Source: Pecten maximus (Eukaryota). Taken from it: a stretch of 64,000 nucleotides of DNA. Of the stretch, positions 51,528 to 64,000 are shown one piece after another (positions within the stretch are counted from its first letter, which is position 1; each line of letters starts with the position of its first letter). Location: positions 9,672,001 through 9,736,000 of the forward strand of contig NC_047021.1 of NCBI RefSeq assembly GCF_902652985.1, written 5' to 3'. A model generated the notes under the pieces. The model was not told the DNA's origin, made no database searches, and saw nothing but the letters and a program-made list of their open reading frames with translations. A program made the translations under genes and the position numbers.

Positions 51528-51680
51528 TAGGGTAAGGTGTCTTTCCATGGACACAACCTTGGCATCATAGACCGACCAATTTCTCAGCTTCCTGAGAAAC
51601 ACAAAGCGATACGGGTAGGGAAAGTCGAACCACGCACCACGGATCTACACCCGAGGTTACGTACGTGACCGGCGCTCTGT
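51528..51680 (-). mobile_element. Possible decayed tRNA-derived SINE head
   Basis: ggtaaggtgtctttccatggacacaac...gtcgaaccacgcacc...ccggcgctct resembles the reverse complement of a SINE tRNA head plus central domain. Very diverged. Confidence 0.3.
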
Positions 51681-52121
51681 TGTCCCTTATCCGACTTCAG
51701 AAATTATACTTTGTATTCTTATTGACGGGAGATAGAATCAAATAAGTTGATTTCAAAAACTTGAATGTAACGGATTCGATTTTCTGGTTTCTTTCGAAAT
51801 AAGAAAATAATAATAACGCAGAAAAGATGTAATTTATTATGTCATTTACACTGACGAAGTTTATTATACGGAAGTTTATACTGACGACTACGCATTATAC
51901 TGACGACTACGGATTATCCAAGTTTATTACGGAAGTTTACACTGACGCGATGATTTTAAGACTTTTTGACCGGACCAAGTTATTCTAATACTAAGTATTT
52001 CGTCCCTGTCCATGTCCTGTGTCCCAAGTGTGGTTTTACAGATTTGTTTTAAGGACACACATGATATTAGCACCAAACCAAATTGAAAGAGCCGAAATTA
52101 ATCCAACTGTACCATACTGCT

Positions 52122-52905
52122 GTTAAACGGTTCAGGGACTGGTCAGCGAGGTTAAACGGTTCAGGGACTGGTCAGTGATGTTAAACGGTTCAGGGACTGG
52201 TCAGTGATGTTAAACGGTTCAGGGACTGGTCAGTGATGTTAAACGGTTCAAGGACTGGTCAGTGTGGTTAAACGGTTCAGGGACTGGTCAGTGATGCTAA
52301 ACGGTTCAGGGACTGGTCAGTGATGCTAAACGGTTCAAGGACTGGTCAGTGATGCTAAACGGTTCAAGGACTGGTCAGTGAGGTTAAACGGTTCAAGGAC
52401 TGGTCAGTGAGGTTAAACGGTTCAAGGACTGGTAAGTGATGTTAAACGGTCCAAGGACTGGTCAGTGAGGTTAAACGGTTCAGGGACTGGTCAGTGATGC
52501 TAAACGGTTCAAGGACTGGTAAGTGATGTTAATCGTTCAGGGACTGGTCAGTGGTGCTAAACGGTTCAAGGACTGGTCAGTGATGTTAACGGTTCAAGGA
52601 CTGGTCAGTGAGGTTAAACGGTTCAAGGACTGGTCAGTGAGGTTAAACGGTGCAAGGACTGGTCAGTGAGGTTAAACGATTCAAGGACTGGTCAGTGAGG
52701 TTAAACGGTTCAAGGACTGGTAGTGAGGTTAAACGGTTCAAGGACTGGTCAGTGAGGTTAAACGGTTCAAGGACTGGTCAGAGATGCTAAACGGTTCAAG
52801 GACTGGTAAGTGAGGTTAAACGGTTCAAGGACTGGTCAGAGATGTTAAACGGTTCAAGGACTGGTCAGAGATGTTAAACGGTTCAAGGACTGGTCAGTGG
52901 TGCTA
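52122..52905. repeat. 29-bp minisatellite, ~27 copies
   Basis: Unit gttaaacggttcaaggactggtcagtgat. Confidence 0.96.
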
Positions 52906-53238
52906 ATTATTAAGAGTTAAGTGTTAATCAGAGGAGGCGACCAAAAAAACCGGGAAATGGGTCGAAAGAAATGTCAAAATCTGGACGGGGGGGGGGGGGG
53001 GGGGGGGGCATAATGGGTCTAAAGAAATGTCAAAATCTTGATTGGGACCCATAATTCAATAAATTTCATAATTTTAAAGATTCCATTTCAAAAGAACAGT
53101 CAGTGCTTGTGTTTAATTAAAAACTTGGCAAGATTATATAGAACTCGCCTCTATAAATAGAAATGTGACATAATGGGGAAATTCTTGTTATATTAAGTTT
53201 CTGTTTTAAAGGGCCACAGACCATTAACAATCACCGGA

Positions 53239-53347
53239 GCTTGGCACGATTTTATAAATGATAGTACATGTATATATATATGTATTATATTGTCAGTATA
53301 GTACATATATATATATATGGACTATCATTTATAAAATCGTGCCAAGC
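53239..53347. repeat. 109-bp near-perfect palindrome (hairpin)
   Basis: Perfect 27-bp arms gcttggcacgattttataaatgatagt / actatcatttataaaatcgtgccaagc. Pairing continues imperfectly through the (TA)n-rich core to a short loop. Confidence 0.9.
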
Positions 53348-53770
53348 CCATGTGTATCCAATTAATAACTTAGGTTAGTATCAACATGAACATATCGAAA
53401 AGGATTCTATTGGTTAGTTTTGGTGACTTTGATGTCATGCAGTGATCTGTGATCGATAATTGTTTTTATGGTCTCTTTGTTGATATGCCATATGTGCTGT
53501 ATATTTTCAATTGCTGAGGATAAACAGGTCTCGCTCCAAGACACAATTTAAAAAAAAAAAAAGAAAAAAGAAAGGACGTCACGCACTTTTCGTGAATCGC
53601 AATTCCAGTACAAAATACTGCCGAATGGAATATTTCTCGTATAGTTTACCGCATTCCTATATTTCCAGAACCCCCCCCCCCTTAGCCTAGTGTTATCCCA
53701 TGTTTTGTTCTTCTTAATCCAGAATAACTTATGCATGTCTCCCAACCAGAGGTGAGCGACTGCCATTACA

Positions 53771-56700
53771 ATGTTACACTTCAGACCAGTACTTATCGCC
53801 TATCTGCTGGGTGACTGGACTTCAGGTAAGTTTAAATAACGACCTTTGGTCTTTACAATGTCATATTTCATGAGTGTTGAGGGCGAAAATGAGCATAACC
53901 ATGAGGTTGAGTGTGACGTTTCATTTCATAAAAAAAAATGCTCTCGAATGCGTTTGAGTATTTTTATATAGTGTTTACTGCTAAGTCAACTGCCTACTAC
54001 CCACTACTTACAGTCAATCATTCCATTTGTTTTAAGATTAAACACATCTATATATATATTTGTAAAACATTCACATATATTTCATCATTCTGTTTTAGGT
54101 TCACTGATAGATGTTTCTGCTTCGGACAGGTGCGGACAATATCTGCATTTTGACGATGATTCCAAATATTTCATCATCTGGAACAGTGAAAAGGACGAAT
54201 GTGAAGTTAGATTTGCTAACTCGAATGAAGACAGTAGTATCTGTGTAAGAGCTCAGGAGTTCTCTGTCGACTGTAACTTTGAGCTGAGGCTGACCGAAGG
54301 TCTTGGAGTTATTCCAGTCAAGGTTCTTATAAATCATATTATGTTTATTTACTGTTAGAATTTATTTTCGGAAATAAACCTAAGAACCAGTTTATACTAT
54401 CTTTGAACGTGCGATAGAGAAGTATTTATTTCAAGGACTCATCAGTGATGACTAGCTAAGGACCACCCGTATGGAATCCAGACAAAAAGCTAGTGAAACT
54501 TTGGAAACTGTTAGTATTTTAAACATATTCCAGTGACTTGTCTATAACAAATGGGTCATTATGGGTTTTTTTCAACTTATTATCACTGTTCATGCCCCAT
54601 TTTCATTGATATTCTTCAACTTAAAATTTTCAATAAGAAATCGTTATTGGATTAAAGGAAAGTTCCTCAGCTAAATTTTCTTTGTTAAATACAATAAAGC
54701 TTTTCTATGGAAAATTTTAAGTTAAGGGAAGGTTGATGAAACCTGGGCCTGGGTTTTCCCTATTTGGGGACTAACCATGGTTTGACTTTGTGTATCAGTA
54801 TGATAGAAATTACCGGTTAGTTGACATGTCGAATGTCCGAAACAGATTGAAGTAAAATGCACAAAATGTAATTTGTCAATACTTCTAAAGCTGATGAAGA
54901 TGTATTTTTAACCAAAAGAAATGATGGAATAGCTATTTTGTTGTGTTAAACAAAAATATGAGTATTCAAATACTTCTTTTAACGATTATGATGGCACAAC
55001 ACCCTCACACCATTGGTGGTACTGTCAGGAGGACAGCGAGATCTGAAGGTCAATTATCACGTTTTAGTATACGTACTATCGCATGGCTATATAAAATAAC
55101 TAGCACGTTTCAAATTTATTTTCAATAATGTACACATTTTATAAATATAGTGCTTTGATATCTGTCATATTACAGACTTTTACCTGTCTTTACAACACCA
55201 GCAGCATCCAATACTGTTCACAGAAAGGCAGAAGCCTTAATGTCCAGTTTTTTACTGTCACGTCCTCGTCATCAGAGGTATCGGTAATCGTCAACCAAAC
55301 GAAACCCGCAGAACGACGTAAGTGTAGGACATACAACAATATGTATTAAAGGAGCTGATGTTGTATTCCGAGCGTCTCCGGTACTCGAGGGATTACGTCC
55401 ACATTCACTCTGTACAGAGAACGAAAGTGAACGTAACTCATGGAATATCGATAGTGCTCTACAACAGGACATGTTCTGCACATAAATACATTACATCATG
55501 GTATTCTATATTAGAATTTTCTGGGCTGTTCCATAACGTTCCATAACTCTCTCACTGTGCGTGTTTGTGTGTGAGGGTGTGTGAGTGAGGGTGTGAGGGT
55601 GAGGAGGGTGAGGGTGTGAGGGTGAGGGGTTTGTGGGTGAGGGTGAGGGGTGTGTGGGTGAGGGGTGTGTGGGTGAGGGTGAGGGGTGTGTGGGTGAGGG
55701 GGTGAGGGGTGTGTGAGTGAGGATGTGAGGGTTAGGGGTGTGTGAGTGAGGGTGAGGGTGAGGGTGTGTGGGTGAGGGTGAGGGGTGTGTGGGTGAGGGT
55801 TAGGGGTGTGTGAGTGAGGGTGAGGGTGAGGGGTGTGTGGGTGAGGGTGAGGGGTGTGTGGGTGAGGGTGAGGGATGTGTGAGTGCGGGGGTGAGGGTGA
55901 GAGGTGTGTGAGTGCGGGTATTGAGGGTATATATGTGTATGTTAGTTGGTGTGCATGGGTGTGACAACCGGCTGGTGTGTATGTGATAGTGAGTATGGGT
56001 TAGTGTCATGTTCCATAAGAGTATGGAATATATACACCCTCTTACTTAAAAGATGAACCATCGTCATTATTAGAAGACTGATATAGGCTAAGCCTGTTGT
56101 CTGATCCAATTGTATTTCTCATCATGTACAATAACATTTGTTGAAATTAAATATCAAGAAGATCTCGTAAGAGTTCGACAATCTAGTGGATTCCACTGTA
56201 ACTTACAGAGTAATGTCCCTTCGTACTCCATTGCCATTGGACCTTGCTAACACGATAACTTGAGTAAACTTGAGTAAATATGTTTCAGTTGGAACTTACA
56301 CAGTTATAGCCCTTTGTAGTTTTATTACCTTTGGCCCTTGTGAACCGATTGCCTTGTGAACATGACGTGAATTAATATGAACAGATTTTCATGAAACTTA
56401 GGCAGATTTATACAAATAATATCTCGGACGATTTCAACAATGGGACCGATATGATCGTAACTTCAAGATATGATGTCTGAATATGATTATGAAAATGAAA
56501 ATATGATTCTAACTGATTTTCAGGCAACATCTATGTACAGACTTCAAAATATGTTTAATTGTAGGCTTTTTGTTTTTACAGATAATCCATTTTTGCTTCC
56601 TGTCGTTTCAAAAATAGCTATTAGCTGTTTTATCTTTGCGTTACTCACGGTATCATCTGTATTTGTGTACGTAAGACGGGCAGTAATCTTCCGTAACAAA

Positions 56701-56796
56701 GGGTGTGGCTGTACGGCCCAGACCGCCACACCAACACCAAAGGCCCCACTCAATGGAGGGTCTTCAGAAACATCGGGCATGCTTTGTTCTGTCTGA
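53771..56796 (+). CDS. Uncharacterised type I membrane protein (~211 aa) with a 6-Cys, possibly divergent CUB-like ectodomain
   Basis: join(53771..53825,54099..54322,55176..55317,56582..56796) = 636 nt, phases 1/0/1 consistent. MLHFRPVLIAYLLGDWTSG (weak signal peptide), then SLIDVSASDRCGQYLHF...ECEVRF...ICVRAQEFSVDCNFELRL...TFTCLYNTSSIQYCSQKGRSLNVQFF, a TM segment IAISCFIFALLTVSSVFVYV followed by RR, and a short tail. Probable 3' UTR intron ~56824-57587. Confidence 0.7.
55558..55935. repeat. G/T-rich low-complexity repeat (gtgagg/gtgt) in intron 3 of the membrane-protein gene
   Basis: Repeated gtgagggtgaggggtgtgtgg motifs with many G3-G4 runs. Confidence 0.9.
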
Positions 56797-57637
56797 AAAC
56801 TAACCAACCAAAGATTTCATCAGGTACGCAATCATTTCAAGATATTCAATCATATTTACTAATGAATTGTGTCACTTTTGTATATAAGTAAGTAATAAGA
56901 CGAAAGTTATATAGACATTTAAACGAAACAGTAATTCAAACTCAAAACCGACAAATAAAGGGCAAAATGGGAACAAAAGTGGATTGACCAGGCGTTCGAG
57001 GAGGGTAAGCGACTTCTGAAACCAGATCAATTCCTGGTTATGTCACATTCTCAAAATGAGAACTTCGGTGGAGGCAACAGAACCACTGGTCATATCAACA
57101 AGCGTCAAACATGTGATGATTGTGTGGTTATTTGTTTCCATCAACACTGATTCAGAAGTCGTGTTAACGAGAACATGTCGACCAGGTAAGCATATAGCTC
57201 CTTTTGCAAACAGGAACTGCGTATGTAAAAAGTGAGAGAGCGAGCGAGTGAGTGAACCAATTACTGCAGGTTTAAGTTAGAGAAATAAGTTGGTAACGTC
57301 CTGAGGATGTGTTTTGTGTTTGTATCAGTTGAATACATTCGGATTGTCCGATATGTCTGGAGTAATGTGAACCAGTATTATATAATTTAGAAGCTTGTTA
57401 CATGATGATGTTATAGTTGAATGTTTGTGTATTGCATTCGTGATAAGTTAGCTGTACATCAATTATATATTGCTGGCTTTTATTTATAATCTATGTAAAT
57501 GTAGTTTACTTATCACCTACGTTGTATATAAGACACTTAGGTTTAAATTATTATCATTGTCTAGTAATTTTTTTTTGTCGTTTTAGGGGAAGCCTTCAGA
57601 TTAAGATGTGTAAGGAGTGGAATCCGCAGACGGATAT

Positions 57638-57830
57638 CGCGTCCAGATCTTTACAGTTCGCAATGTAAACATACAACTCTAAAACATTTGTGGTTTCAAA
57701 TCAAAACGTGTTTATTGCGTCCAGATCTTTACAGTTCGCAATGTAAACATAAAACTCTAAAACATTTGTGGTTTCAAATCAAAACGTGTTTATTGTGGCC
57801 GGATCCTTACCGTTTACAATGTAAATAAAA
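57638..57830. repeat. ~78-bp tandem duplication, ~2.5 copies
   Basis: gcgtccagatctttacagttcgcaatgtaaacat...aaaacgtgtttatt repeated at ~57639 and ~57717, with a degenerate third copy. Confidence 0.85.
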
Positions 57831-58329
57831 TGCTACAATATCAATTCTTTATTTTTTTTTAGAGAAAATAAACCTAAACATGTTAATAATAACATGTTAG
57901 ATATATATACAAAGCAATTATTGAATGGATAATGAAAAAGGGATAAAATGTGATGGATTTTGAGTAAGAACATGCTCTTTTTACTTTAAGCGAAATTTTC
58001 TGAAGGTCAAAAATACAACTTCCTGTTGCAGTCCATTCCATGTGCTAAAAACATCTCCAATAGTATAAATATGTTGCGCAAAAATAGTAATTCAAGGAAT
58101 TTGTGCAAAGTAATTAAAATTGATTGACAAAATTGATCTGTAATTAAAAAAAAACCGAGGAAATGGAAAAATCGGTTTTGGATTGAAATATTGTAGAGTA
58201 AGCTGAAATGAAATGTTTATACTTGGTTTCATTAGTACATAGGAACTGAAGTTAAATTGGCCGCCATGTTCCCTGATCATAACCATCAATATCAAATGTT
58301 CTAACAACTGCTAAATAATATTCTGACAT

Positions 58330-59233
58330 GAGCGTTACATGATAGATTTGTTTTGGTGGTTTCCTCGTCCTAAATTCTGATTGGCCTGATCAGCGTTAGT
58401 CTGTATCGTAGTTCTAATTGTCCGAGTCGATCATACCTAAGACCTGGAAGATGACGGTTGGTAGCGAAATCTACATTAGTTGTGGTCTGTCTTAAACCTT
58501 TTGACTTTTGGATGAAGGCTTACTGGTTTCCAGATGCATGCAACATCCTAAATAGTATATGATACAGGCTACGTCCGCACATGCCCCCATGGTTCTCTGT
58601 CCAGTAGGACACTAGCAATACTTTATGGGATTAATGATGTCGAAGTTGTCACGCTGGATTACAATGGATGCCTCGAGTGATCTGAAATCGTCCAATGCCC
58701 CGTGAGTGCCGAAAGATCCAGACCTCATAGTCTCTATCATCACCGAGGTGCTCACCGATGTAGCCAGCTGCCAGCGATATTTTTATGTACCACAGGAGAT
58801 TGTCGGAAGGTATTCCATGTCTAACTTTGGAAAGTTATAATTGTCCGCAGTTGCATCTAGTTTGACCAATAGTGACTTGGTCTTTCTGTTAAGATCTGAC
58901 TCGTCTTTCACATGTTGAGCTAAGGTGTTGTCAACACTAAGGCGCTTTCATTTTGTCAGGTGGGGCTCTATCCTTTGTGTCTCGCTCTGGTGTTCTAACA
59001 TACATTTGTATATATGGGTCCTCGGATTCCATTCAGACAGGCTGTTACTATTCTAACGAATGTCTAGATGACATCAATGAAATGGTTGGAAGAAAGTTAT
59101 GTTTTGAAAAAAACATCCATGTCTTGAAGCGTCCGTGATATGACTCCACTACCCATTTGGATTTAGTTATTGATCTATCAATGTTAGCTTACACGTTACA
59201 TCTGTATCATGTTGAGTCTGCCCAGGCTTTAGA
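58330..59233 (-). mobile_element. Decayed HARBI1/DDE_Tnp_4-type transposase with C-terminal SWIM-like zinc finger (3' part only)
   Basis: Minus strand: ANIDRSITKSKWVVESYHGRFKTWMFF (~59107-59188), FVRIVTACLN (~59030-59060), LAAGYIGEHL (~58745-58775), YC*CPTGQRTMGACADVACIIYYLG (~58546-58620). In-frame stops present. Superfamily (Harbinger/ISL2EU/Kolobok-related) cannot be resolved. Confidence 0.65.
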
Positions 59234-59235
59234 TA

Positions 59236-60379
59236 CGAGGGCTGATTAATGTGTTGTGAGCCTTGTATTAAAGGAGGTACTCAAGGACGCTCTTTTTAAG
59301 TCCTACTATTCTCTGACTTTATAAGGCCGTGTACCCAAGGACTGGTCTCATTTGGTTAGTTTATATCGACGAGGTAGCACCCTAAAGTAAACAAGAGAAG
59401 CGTTTTTTGCAAAATGAACAAAATCGGTGAAAGAGCAGCGATCCAATATTTGCCTAAAAGGGTTTAACACCTATGGATATCCATAATGATGTACTTAGCA
59501 ACACTAGGGAAAGATGTCTCTTTCATATGCTGCAGTGAAAAGGTGGGTTGGCGGAATTTAAGCGCAGCCGACAGAACCTTGAGGATGACCACCGTCCTGG
59601 AAGGCCTGTCAATGTTGAAACAACAGAAATGGTCTATAAAGTTCAGGATATTGTTATGACTGGCAGACGAATCCCAAAAAGATATATATCCAGTAGAGTT
59701 GGCATTTCACAGGAAGGAGTACATTCCATTCCGACCGAGGATCTTGCAATGAGAAAGCTTTCGGCCCGATGGGTGCCAAGACTTTTGACAGTTGATCAGA
59801 AGCACGCCAGGCGCACATTATTGCGTACTAATATTAACCTTTTTGAGGAAGATCCTGCCAACTTTCTTCAGAGATTTGTCACTTTGGATGAAGCATGGGT
59901 CTATCATTTACCCCAGAGACCAAACAACAATCGAAACAAATAATGGAAACACCTTGGCTCTCCCCCGCCAAAGAAGGCAAAGACTGTTCCATCAGCTGGG
60001 AAGGTTATTGCCTCGGTTTGCTGGAATGCAGATGGTATTCTGCTGATAGATTATCTCCAAAAGGGACTAACAATCAATGACACACACTATGCTTCACCTC
60101 TGAGGCAGTTACGGGAAAATATTCAACTTGAGCGCCGCGGAAAGCTCACTAAAGGTGTGTTATTCCATCAGGACAATGCTCCTGTTCACAAGTCTGTCAT
60201 TCACGATTGTGGCTTTAAATTGATTGAGCCTACCTCCGCCTTATTCACCTGATCTCGCTCCACCATACTTTGATCTATTTCCAAAACTGAAAACAGCTAT
60301 TTCAGGCACCCACTTTCAGTCCGATGATGACGTCATACATGAAGTGAATGACGTTCTGAATAGCCAAGAAAAGGAGTTC
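59236..60379 (+). mobile_element. Defective mariner transposon (irritans/Hsmar2-like), interrupted near its 3' end by an LTR element
   Basis: TA|CGAGGG terminus at 59234-59241. Transposase remnants MNKIGERAAIQY (59414), LSARWVPRLLT, FVTLDEAWVYH, HQDNAPVHKS, PYSPDLAP (~60239-60262). Several frameshifts. Confidence 0.92.
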
Positions 60380-61273
60380 TGTAACGTCCGCTCTCCATGA
60401 ACACGGGACGTGAAAGTTCTTTTTGGGATGGTTGTGGTGTGATAAACATAATTCAACACTGGATATAAAGTTTACTTATATTTATTAATCCACAGGAAAA
60501 TCCCGAAGGTACAATACAATCCGATGAAGTTTCATCCATCTTCCACACTATCGCCGGCGCATTCACACTTAACAGTTCACACACATTTAAACAAAACAAA
60601 GTCCTCACATCCTAAATATGTACATCCAAACGGCACTAAGTCCGTTTAGACTGAAAGCTGCTGGAGAACTCCTTATGCTTGATTGATTGATTGATGGGGC
60701 TTAACGTCCTTGTTCCGGTTATAACCGAGCCTAGGACACAACTCCTTATGCTGACTGATTGATTGATGGGGCTTAACGTCCTTGTTCCGGTTATAACCGA
60801 GCCTAGGACACCAACTCCTTATGCTGATTGATTGATTGATGGGGCTTAACGTCCTTGTTCCGGTTATAACCGAGCCTAGGTGCAAAACGCGCAAGTCTTT
60901 TTATATCCCCTAATTAGGGTTAATTAATATGTATGAATTGACGATGTGGTCAATTGACCAATCATGACCTTTACCCCGAAATATGGGCGTATCTACACCC
61001 CATAACGTCATTTCTAATTACAGCCCTAGGCACTGACCACTAGTCCCACGGACCGTGTGCTACCTAATAACGACTGACTTTCAGGTGCTACCGTTTGGTT
61101 ATATTTTACCTTGATATAGAATGAAGGGTGTAAACCTAAAACGGGTTAATTAACTACTGATCTAAGGGAAGCAACTCGAATAGATTTGGCTGACTGTAGC
61201 GTATAGCTTTAACTACTCTAGGTAACTTTGAACACATAACATATAAAACTTGTCTATTTCCTAGTTCACTACA
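60380..61273 (-). mobile_element. 3' LTR (~894 bp) of a Gypsy-type retrotransposon
   Basis: Minus strand begins TGTAGTG and ends GTTACA, and is immediately preceded by a polypurine tract AAAGAAGGGGGA (61276-61287). TATA-like ATATAAAA at ~60898-60906, AATAAA at ~60481, and an internal ~78-bp x3 repeat at 60667-60880. Confidence 0.85.
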
Positions 61274-64000
61274 CATCCCCCTTCTTTCGAAGAGTTTGTG
61301 TCCCCACAAACGTCATACATAGTTAATAGTTTTCGTAACAAAAGCAATCTATCTTTTCTAACGTGAAAACATAAAACATATTAAAATACCATTTTGCGTT
61401 TGCATTAACAAAACGACATGTACGAGTCTAAACTTCAATGTCAAAAATTATTTCCTGGCATTCTACACGCATTTTAAAAGGCTTTTGCACTAAAACTTCT
61501 TTGCGTAATAAAAATAATGTTTACAAGCCTATAGCTAACATTGATCGCTTACGAGCTCCTGGCGGCTATATTTCCGCAAAGTTCAAACAAACATCGTAAA
61601 ATTAATGTCTACCCCAAAATATTAACATACATTTTACTAGTTTACCGTAACGTTTCAAAAATGTACCTAGTCTACAAAAACATACAACAACTCGTACTCT
61701 TCGTACATCTCTATCACACGTTATATTCCTGCACACATAAAACGTCATCAGACTGTATATAAATTCTCGATTTTACATCGATCCCCTACCTATTTGGCTA
61801 CACGGACACAATCGAATATCATTTTTCAAGTATATTTCTGATATGAAATAACAAATATATGTATGGTTTAGTTGTAACGTCCAAACCCCCAAGTATACGT
61901 ATCCACTAATACGATATACTACAATATTGAGATAAACTCCACCCATAACCCTTAATTTGAGTTACATCTAAGATAAAAATCTAACATTTGAGGCAATACT
62001 CACAACTATAATATTAATGAACATGCTATTCGTACATTACCTTTGACACAGTGAAATAAATTCCAAAAAATTCACATGTATAAATGTGATCCACGGAAAC
62101 AATAACTAATTATAATCACCGTTAGTGTGTTTGTCCTAAATAATATATCCATCGGAAATTACTTTAAGTCACTTTTTGATATCACAAAGTTCAGTTATAT
62201 AATGTCACTGTAAAGTATCCACGCACGTAAGGTCCTTTGGTAATTCTGCATAATTCAGTCCATTTAAAAGTTACTAATCCAAAAGTAACCAATTTCCGTA
62301 TTTCACTAAATGTTCTAATCCAAGTCGAAAGTTTGAATTAATATCACAGTTCAAACATCAGATCAAAGTATCAACGTTTAAATCCCTTGATCATTTTGCA
62401 CAGTTCCTATTAAAAAGTTAATAACCCTTTAAAGTCCTGAATGTTCGCGATTCATAAAACTTTCTCTTGTAATGATCCAAAATAAGAGTTCAACGAACAT
62501 CACTTTTTGAATTAGAGAAGTTCAGTCACTTCACAAAGTTGAAATCTTTACCGATTCAAAACAAAATCCATTCTTCATCCCCCCCCGGGGCCTGCGTCCA
62601 TATAGGGCAATAATTATGTCGATGATAACTACGTAATCCAATCTTCATCCCCACTGGGCATGCGTCCATAAAGGGCAATAGTCGATGCTCTTCGTAAGTC
62701 CTTTGAAGTTTAAAACTGAGGTCTCTTAGTTTCGATGGCTCGCCCAGTTAGCGTTGTCCTGACAACGAGGGGTGTCCACTACTGGTCAGTCGTTGGACCG
62801 GTCGAGTCCAAACGCTTAGGTAAATTATTTGTAGGGGTGGAAGCTCCGGCTGTGCTGGGGTCGGTCGCGCTGTCCCCAGTACGTGTACCTCCGTAAGGCT
62901 TCCAATTGCCACTGTGTATTACAACTGGCTATGTAACACATCACTAAGCCGTGCGACTACTGTCCACGGTCCGGTCCAATCACGGGCTAACTTAGCCTTA
63001 GTTCCCACTATTATTTAATGTTGGAATCTGCGTATTTTATCTCCAATATCATAACACATTTTGGTCATGAATATAGCTACCGTTTTCCGTGCCGTACTGA
63101 ATGATGGGTAAACTTTGTGAACACGTTTACCGAGTTAAATTCGAATTATTACTGAGTTCGAATTGAATATTGTTTCCAGTATATGTCCTTTGAAAAACAT
63201 TAATTTCACTTATCTTCGTGTAAATCCAGAGTTTACAATTAAATGTGACAAAGTTACTAGCATCCGTGTAAAGAATATAAATTCCACTTTCCAAGCTTGG
63301 ATATCCGAGAATCGGAGCAGATATGTCGTTATTCCAGTTCGTTGAATGCGAACATACACTGAGCATTCCTTAGTCCATAATTTGACCACTTAAACACCTT
63401 TTCCTGGCGAGGTCACGCAGACATTTCGCTATTAGTGCGAAACCGAACATGAATTTCCGATAATTTGACGCAATTCCGAGATCTAACGCTCTATAGCTGT
63501 AACTCGGTAATATACAAAACTGGAGCAACATCGCTTCAACTGCCGCGATTTTCGAAGGAGTTCCAATGCTATCCTGAGAAACCACCTGTCCTAGGATCTA
63601 AGCTTCATTGTACAAGAAGTTGCATTATTCGCCTTAAATTTCGCGCGATATCAAGGCTACCAAACAGCGGTCAAACTATACCAAAACTGTTTAAAATCCT
63701 TCGCGTACACAAGTATTGTCCAGATGAAGCACTATATATATAGTATTATATGCACTAGCTTCCACTTAGCGCCTACTCCATCCTGGAACACATGATTGGC
63801 ACTATTCAAAGTCCAAAATCATCTACATGTACACATATCATCCTCACTAGCTGAGACGTAACGAACGCGGACTTGGTTCAATCTGACATCGATGAAAAGA
63901 GTCAAATTAACAAATACCAGCGAATTAAACCACAGCTCCACTGAATGCGACCAAATATCATCTATACGACCAAATACGTGTAGGATACACATCATCTGCT
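61274..64000 (-). mobile_element. Gypsy/Ty3 internal region with degenerate pol (RT, RNase H, integrase tail); continues past the window
   Basis: Minus-strand remnants KSAFVTS (~63855-63880), GIASNYRKFMFGFALIAKCLRDL, SAPILGYP...YILYTDASN (RNase H), KLARDWTGPWTVV (integrase GPY/F-like motif, ~62960-63000). Integrase core appears deleted; many frameshifts. Confidence 0.85.

Noticed and set aside
12080-52905. Arrays as CRISPR-like repeat-spacer loci
   Set aside because: Units are contiguous with no unique spacers, no cas genes are present, and the context is eukaryotic and intronic.
56780-56796. C-terminal LCSV as a CAAX or class I PDZ motif
   Set aside because: Cys is third from the end, not fourth, and there is no Ser/Thr at the PDZ -2 position.

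Overview
AT-rich, intron-rich eukaryotic DNA. The Helentron/HINE-type repeats and abundant minisatellites suggest a bivalve mollusc (inference, not confirmed). I reconstructed three spliced genes by hand, all with consistent GT-AG sites and exon phases. (1) A 15-exon NEK4-like Ser/Thr kinase on the minus strand (30149->10888, ~773 aa). (2) An 18-exon SLC37A3 sugar-phosphate exchanger on the plus strand (30673->43983, ~534 aa), head-to-head with the kinase, ATGs 523 bp apart. (3) A 4-coding-exon, ~211-aa single-pass membrane protein with a 6-Cys, possibly CUB-like ectodomain (53771->56796). At the left edge, the first coding exon of a second kinase occurs twice (88-222 and 3141-3275) within a ~1 kb duplication, and the copies differ only at synonymous sites. 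Mobile DNA includes two HINE-type elements with internal satellite arrays, a decayed Penelope-like element, a 649-bp MITE inside a minisatellite, and a triple nest at the right end (Gypsy LTR element inside a mariner inside a DDE_Tnp_4/SWIM-type transposase relic). The most striking pattern is that four large intronic minisatellites, plus one 2-copy duplication, have units copied from the host exon's own 5' splice-donor junction. This places tens to ~130 donor-like sites directly downstream of the true donor. Most long ORFs in the supplied track are artefacts of these arrays. All gene models are manual predictions without transcript support.
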